NCBI GenBank assembly: GCA_018302765.1
Contig: JAGVZG010000026.1
Span: forward strand, 1 to 31,523
Length of the DNA: 31,523 nt
Origin: Candidatus Woesearchaeota archaeon
GTDB taxonomy: Archaea; Nanobdellota; Nanobdellia; SCGC-AAA011-G17; GW2011-AR18
Reading direction: 5' to 3'
Shown here: piece after piece, positions 27,125 through 31,523 of the stretch
How the letters are laid out: each line of letters starts with the position of its first letter
How positions within the stretch are numbered: position 1 is the first letter of the stretch
The notes under the pieces: model-generated
The model's database searches: none
What the model saw: the letters and a program-made list of their open reading frames with translations, nothing else
What the model was told of the DNA's origin: nothing
Position numbers and translations under genes: made by a program

Positions 27125-28087
27125 CTGGCCTTGCATTTTCTGCTCTATTAGAATGCTTGCTTTTTTATTTGGCTTACCATTTGTTAACAAAACAACAGGC
27201 ATTTTTCTTAGCTGGCCTTCGCTAAAGGCCATTGAAATATCAGCTTCATTGATGGAAGGCTTGTTTTTAGCTTTAATCAAATACATCAAATTTCCAAAAC
27301 TGCTAGGTATATTTACAAGAAAATCAAACTCCTTATCCTTTTTAATAAGTTCTTCCTTTAAAATATCAACACCGTTGTCTTTTATAAATTCTATAACTTT
27401 AGAATAGAAATCGCTTTCTTCTTTTGTTTTTTTCTTAGTTTCTTTACATTTTATAGGTTTTTGTTCATTTAAAGTTTCTTGTATTGTTTCTTTATTTTTT
27501 ATTTCATTAACTAAAGAATTAACCACTTCAATTTTTTCATCTTCTAATTCCTGTAAGTCTTCTACTTTTGGTTGCAGATCGATTTTCGCTATACTCTCAT
27601 TAGCTAAATTTTCTTGTTCTTGTATTTCAGGCCCATAAGCATCGCTAATAATTTCAGAAATTATCAATTTTGCTTCTTCATCACTTACTAAACTATGTTT
27701 CCAAAAAACCTCGCTGTTCCCTTCATTATTAACAGCTATTTGAACAGAGAAATCTTTCAAGTCTTTAACAGCAACTCTTTGCCATGGCTCCATTTCTTTT
27801 TCCCACAAAACTTTTTTTTCTTTTAGTAATTGATAAGCTTCTTTTTCTCTTCCATTTAGCGCAGTTGATAATCTGGAATCCATTAATTCTTCCTGTCCAG
27901 GCAAGTAATACAAAGGGCTGCCGCCTATTGAAGCATGAGTTATCCTCAATATCTTTCTTGCAACTAATTCAGATAAAATAGCAGAAGAAAACAAGATGTT
28001 TGTATTAATGTGTTTAGCAATTTGTACAGGCAAAACGGGACCGTTATATTTAATAAAATTTAATACATCATCTCTTTGATCTGGCAT
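27104..28087 (-). CDS. Hypothetical protein: N-terminal wHTH-like region, acidic linker, C-terminal PD-(D/E)xK-like domain
   Basis: GPVLPVQIAK...LSELV; FDFLV...YLIKAKNK...VVLLTNG. Confidence 0.6.
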   Translation of the reverse strand: MPDQRDDVLNFIKYNGPVLPVQIAKHINTNILFSSAILSELVARKILRITHASIGGSPLYYLPGQEELMDSRLSTALNGREKEAYQLLKEKKVLWEKEMEPWQRVAVKDLKDFSVQIAVNNEGNSEVFWKHSLVSDEEAKLIISEIISDAYGPEIQEQENLANESIAKIDLQPKVEDLQELEDEKIEVVNSLVNEIKNKETIQETLNEQKPIKCKETKKKTKEESDFYSKVIEFIKDNGVDILKEELIKKDKEFDFLVNIPSSFGNLMYLIKAKNKPSINEADISMAFSEGQLRKMPVVLLTNGKPNKKASILIEQKMQGQLILKEI

Positions 28088-28159
28088 AGGTATAATAAAT
28101 TAGAAGTTTATATAAACATTTTGTAAACTAAAAAGTATATTTAATATCACAATATAAGG

Positions 28160-28777
28160 TCAAGGCCTCATCCATTTTATTTCATAATAAACACAATCTG
28201 ACTCATTATCTACTATAGCAATCAGCAATCTTTTCCTAGTAGAATGTGCAACCCTATTCTTAGCAGTAAATTCATACCAAGACTGCGAACTTGTTTCATA
28301 AACAGGATAAACAATCCACCTAGCATGATCTTCCCCAGGTTTAACACCTCTATCATAAACCCTAAAATCAGCTCCAAATTTCAAAGCAGTTTTAACTATG
28401 TATCCTCTTTTCCTTAAATCTTTGAAGACAACATATCTAACCCAGAAATTTGGTTCTAATTTTCTAGCTTTTTTAAGAAAGTCATCATTTGATATCTTTT
28501 TACTCTTATTATCAACAACATTAAATTTTCCCCTTTCCATTAAGTAAAAAGCTTCTATCAAAGAATACTGAAATTTTTTGTCTTCAGTAGGTTCCCCATA
28601 TCTTGTTTTATCATAAAGTTCTCTGGTAACGTCATTACTTTCTGCAATAACCACTTCCCCAGCCAGATTTGCAGTTACAACCTCTTTGGTTTTAGGAAGA
28701 TCATCAACCACTTCTCCTAATTTTTCTTCCTTTAATTCATTGTCTGAATTTTCTGATGTAAGATCTTTTTTTGTCAT
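28160..28777 (-). CDS. endA: tRNA-splicing endonuclease, single catalytic unit; start moved from 28798 to 28777
   Basis: YVVFKDLRKRGYIVKTALKFGADFRVY, EDHA, RVAHSTRKRLL give the Tyr/His/Lys triad. Confidence 0.95.
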   Translation of the reverse strand: MTKKDLTSENSDNELKEEKLGEVVDDLPKTKEVVTANLAGEVVIAESNDVTRELYDKTRYGEPTEDKKFQYSLIEAFYLMERGKFNVVDNKSKKISNDDFLKKARKLEPNFWVRYVVFKDLRKRGYIVKTALKFGADFRVYDRGVKPGEDHARWIVYPVYETSSQSWYEFTAKNRVAHSTRKRLLIAIVDNESDCVYYEIKWMRP

Positions 28778-28838
28778 AAGATCATTACAGACAATCAATT
28801 TAAAAAGGTTTTTATATTTATATTCTCGAGAATATAAT

Positions 28839-29729
28839 ATGAAGCTAATATTTTTAGGTACTGGATCGATGCAGCCAACAAGAGAGAGAAATCTTAGTTC
28901 TATCTACTTCAATTATGAATCAGAACATATATTGTTTGATTGTGGTGAAGGAACTCAAAGACAAATGAGAATAGCAGGAATTAAACCAACAAAATTAACT
29001 AAAGTGGTTTTGAGTCACTTTCATGCAGATCATATTCTTGGCCTTGGCGGATTATTAAGAAACTTAGAAGTTAATGGATATAACAAAACACTTTATATTT
29101 ATGGCCCAAAAGGCTTAGAGAGATTTTTTCATAACATAGTTAATTCTGCTTATTATGGAAATGGTTTAAAGGTAAAGCTTATAGAAATAAAACCCGGTAA
29201 ATTTATAGAAGATAATAAATTTGTCATAGAGGCAGTGCAATTGGATCATTCTGTTCCATCTTATGGTTTTATATTTATAGAAAAGGACAAAAGAAAGATA
29301 AATATAGAATATCTATCTAAATTTGATTTAAAACAACACCCAATTCTTGGCGAACTGCAAAAAGGAAAAGATATTGTCTGGAATGGTAAAAAAATAACTG
29401 TGAAAAAAGCCACAAAACCAGTTAACGGTAAAAGAATAGGATTTATATTTGATACAGGTTATTGTATAAATTGTATCAAAATAGCTAAGAATGCAGATCT
29501 TCTAGTGTCAGAGAGCACTTTCTCTGTGGAAGAAAAAGAAAAAGCAAAGGAATACAAGCACTTAACATCAGAAGATGCAGCAAACATTGCTAAAAAAGCT
29601 AAAGTCAAGAGATTAATACTGACACATTTCAGCCAAAGATATGAAGATGAACAGTTATTAAAGAAAGAAGCTAAGAGGATTTTTAGTAATGTAGAATGTG
29701 CTAAGGACTTTTTAGAAATTGATATTTAA
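28839..29729 (+). CDS. rnz: Ribonuclease Z; start moved from 28686 to 28839
   Basis: FLGTGS, LFDCGEGTQRQ, SHFHADHILG, flexible arm, DTGYC, ESTF, KHLT and LTHFSQRY motifs. Confidence 0.96.
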   Translation: MKLIFLGTGSMQPTRERNLSSIYFNYESEHILFDCGEGTQRQMRIAGIKPTKLTKVVLSHFHADHILGLGGLLRNLEVNGYNKTLYIYGPKGLERFFHNIVNSAYYGNGLKVKLIEIKPGKFIEDNKFVIEAVQLDHSVPSYGFIFIEKDKRKINIEYLSKFDLKQHPILGELQKGKDIVWNGKKITVKKATKPVNGKRIGFIFDTGYCINCIKIAKNADLLVSESTFSVEEKEKAKEYKHLTSEDAANIAKKAKVKRLILTHFSQRYEDEQLLKKEAKRIFSNVECAKDFLEIDI

Positions 29730-30538
29730 TAATTCTTGAAAATAAACAGTGTAGACCAAAGATTAACAGAAATATCTATAAGTGTTTTAATAATTAAATA
29801 TAAAATCGAGCTTATGGAAGTTAATGTAAATATACTTAAGTTATTCCATATAAGAGGGATTGCTGCAAACATCACACTAAAAATAAAACCAACAACACTA
29901 ACAAAAACTAGAACTACAAAAGCACCAAGTTTATTTTGCTTAAAATGAATAATTGTATTTTGCAAGCATTTAACTGGATTTAATACATTTTTGATAAATA
30001 GTGTAGGATAAATAAAGATAAATAAAAGCCTAAATACAAAAAATAAAATCAATATTAAAAGAATACTAATTAAAATTAAGGGTTTGTAAACAATACCAAT
30101 TGTAAGCAGAATAAATATAGGCACAACATATATTACTAATAGGCTTAGTTTTAGCCAGATAAGAGGAAATATATATCTATGTGCCTGTTTCAAGCTATTT
30201 CTTAAACTAATTTTTTCTCCTTTAATTATAGATGAGATCATTGCAAATCTAACCGTTATAGTTCCCAATCCAATAACTAGATTAATAAAAATTAAGACTA
30301 GAAAGCTAATAATTAATCTCAAAAGTAATGGCGTTGTGGAAATAATGCTTTTTATTTGGCTATTAAATTGAATAAGTTCACCGCCAAATATGCTTGTCAG
30401 ATTATTCAACTGTAAAAATATAAAAGTAAGTATAAAAGCTGCTACAAAAAATACCAAATCTGGAACATACAAAACTAAATTTTCTTTTATAGCTTTTATA
30501 GAAAATAATACACCACTAAAGTAACCTCTATTTTTCAT
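29726..30538 (-). CDS. Polytopic membrane protein of unknown function; ATG at 30538 preferred over TTG at 30556
   Basis: About six TM segments; ATG lies 23 nt from a shared TATA box. Confidence 0.7.
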   Translation of the reverse strand: MKNRGYFSGVLFSIKAIKENLVLYVPDLVFFVAAFILTFIFLQLNNLTSIFGGELIQFNSQIKSIISTTPLLLRLIISFLVLIFINLVIGLGTITVRFAMISSIIKGEKISLRNSLKQAHRYIFPLIWLKLSLLVIYVVPIFILLTIGIVYKPLILISILLILILFFVFRLLFIFIYPTLFIKNVLNPVKCLQNTIIHFKQNKLGAFVVLVFVSVVGFIFSVMFAAIPLIWNNLSIFTLTSISSILYLIIKTLIDISVNLWSTLFIFKNY

Positions 30539-30561
30539 ATAGTTCTCAAACACCAATAGAA

Positions 30562-30569
30562 TTTATAAA
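30562..30569. promoter_or_regulatory. Palindromic TATA box (TTTATAAA) between divergent genes
   Basis: 21 nt to the lgt ATG (30591) and 23 nt to the minus-strand ATG (30538). Confidence 0.5.
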
Positions 30570-30590
30570 GTTTGTTAATGTTAAATCAAT

Positions 30591-31346
30591 ATGGTTAATC
30601 CAATTCTGTTTGATTTAGGTCCAATTGAAATTAGATACTATGGTGTGTTGTATGCTCTTGCTTTTCTTGTTGGTTATTTTATACTAAGAAAATTAGCAAG
30701 AAAATTCAACATCAAAGAAGAATACATAGATGATTACATGCCTTATATCATAATAGCAGATATAGTTGGAGCAAGGCTTTTTGAGGTTTTATTTTATAAT
30801 TCAGAATATTACTTTGCAAATCCACTAAAAATATTTGCAGTCTGGGAGGGTGGTTTGGCTTCTCATGGGGCAATTATAACCATAATTTTAGCAACAATAT
30901 GGTTCTGTAAAAAAAGAAAGATTTTATTTTATAATTTTGCAGACATGATTTCAATACCTATAGCATTGGGTGCAGCCTTCATAAGGATTGGCAATTTTAT
31001 AAATTCTGAATTGGTTGGGAAAATAACAGATTTGCCATGGGCTGTTCAATTTTTGGGCTATGAAGGATCAAGACATCCAGTGCAGATTTATCAGGCAACA
31101 GGACATGTAATAATTTTCTTTATTTTATTAAGCATGACAAAATTAAAAAATATAAAAGAAGGCACAATATTCTGGTCATTATTATTTATAGATTCTATAT
31201 TTAGATTTGTTACAGAATTTTATAAAGATCTGCCAGCAGATTATGGTTTTGTATATTTAGGATTAAATTTAGCTCAATGGGCAAGTTTAGTTATAATTAT
31301 GGTTTCAATAAAACCACTTTATGACAGATTTAAATTATTGAAATAA
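30591..31346 (+). CDS. lgt: Prolipoprotein diacylglyceryl transferase (bacterial-type Lgt)
   Basis: IRYYGVLY, GARLFEV, GGLASHG, RIGNFINSELVG signature, RHPVQIY, RFVTEFYK. Confidence 0.92.
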   Translation: MVNPILFDLGPIEIRYYGVLYALAFLVGYFILRKLARKFNIKEEYIDDYMPYIIIADIVGARLFEVLFYNSEYYFANPLKIFAVWEGGLASHGAIITIILATIWFCKKRKILFYNFADMISIPIALGAAFIRIGNFINSELVGKITDLPWAVQFLGYEGSRHPVQIYQATGHVIIFFILLSMTKLKNIKEGTIFWSLLFIDSIFRFVTEFYKDLPADYGFVYLGLNLAQWASLVIIMVSIKPLYDRFKLLK

Positions 31347-31523
31347 ATTGCAAAAATATAATATTTAACGCATTTCTTTAAAAAACAAAACTTTATAATT
31401 CAAATTAATTCCTAAAAATATATAGTTATTAAGTTAGAGAATGTAAATAACATAATACAGCAGTATATAGGAAGCACGTTAAAATATAATATACAATTGG
31501 CAATAATAATAACACAGATTGAT

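Noticed and set aside
28686-28838. N-terminal extension of RNase Z in the ORF track
   Set aside because: Antisense to endA; homologous RNase Z proteins begin at MKLIFLGT (28839)
116-30000. Short antisense or nested ORFs in the track (e.g. 341-655, 3033-3284, 8397-8747, 12085-12372, 22995-23393, 27099-27407)
   Set aside because: Shadows of well-supported genes on the other strand or frame, with no recognisable motifs
31347-31523. Hydrophobic minus-strand open frames at the window end
   Set aside because: Could be the C-terminus of a membrane protein, but two frames are equally plausible in AT-rich DNA, so not callable
1-31523. CRISPR array, rRNA, IS elements
   Set aside because: No regularly spaced repeats, rRNA-like tracts, transposases or terminal inverted repeats seen

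Overview
AT-rich archaeal chromosomal window, most consistent with a DPANN (Woesearchaeota/Pacearchaeota-like) genome. The assignment is inferred from eS17, Alba, EndA, Dph2, ZPR1, Zn-finger RPA, alpha2-type GlyRS, low GC and compact gene packing. Positions 174-9688 form a co-oriented type IV pilus-like locus: a large TadB/TadC(ArlJ)-like membrane platform gene followed by 11 ORFs, 10 of which begin with a class III (prepilin-type) signal peptide. Three of these are 43-58 aa mini-pilins; two are absent from the supplied ORF track and one is mis-started there. One pilin-like protein (5757-7418) ends in an apparently intact Zn-dependent M15 (VanX/VanY-like) peptidase domain, a family that acts on bacterial peptidoglycan peptides. 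Another (2518-3723) carries a long Ala-rich helical segment ending in a Gly-rich hydrophobic segment. Together these suggest a pilus-displayed apparatus for attaching to or attacking bacteria (hypothesis). The remainder is mostly housekeeping and tRNA-processing genes. It also contains tRNA-Ala(GGC) with a 13-nt BHB intron in the T-loop, tRNA-Met(CAT), a bacterial-type Lgt, a surface-anchored Zn-phospholipase C/S1-P1-like enzyme and an orphan nucleotidyltransferase. No CRISPR array, rRNA or recognisable mobile element was seen. All protein calls come from motif recognition by eye, without database searches.
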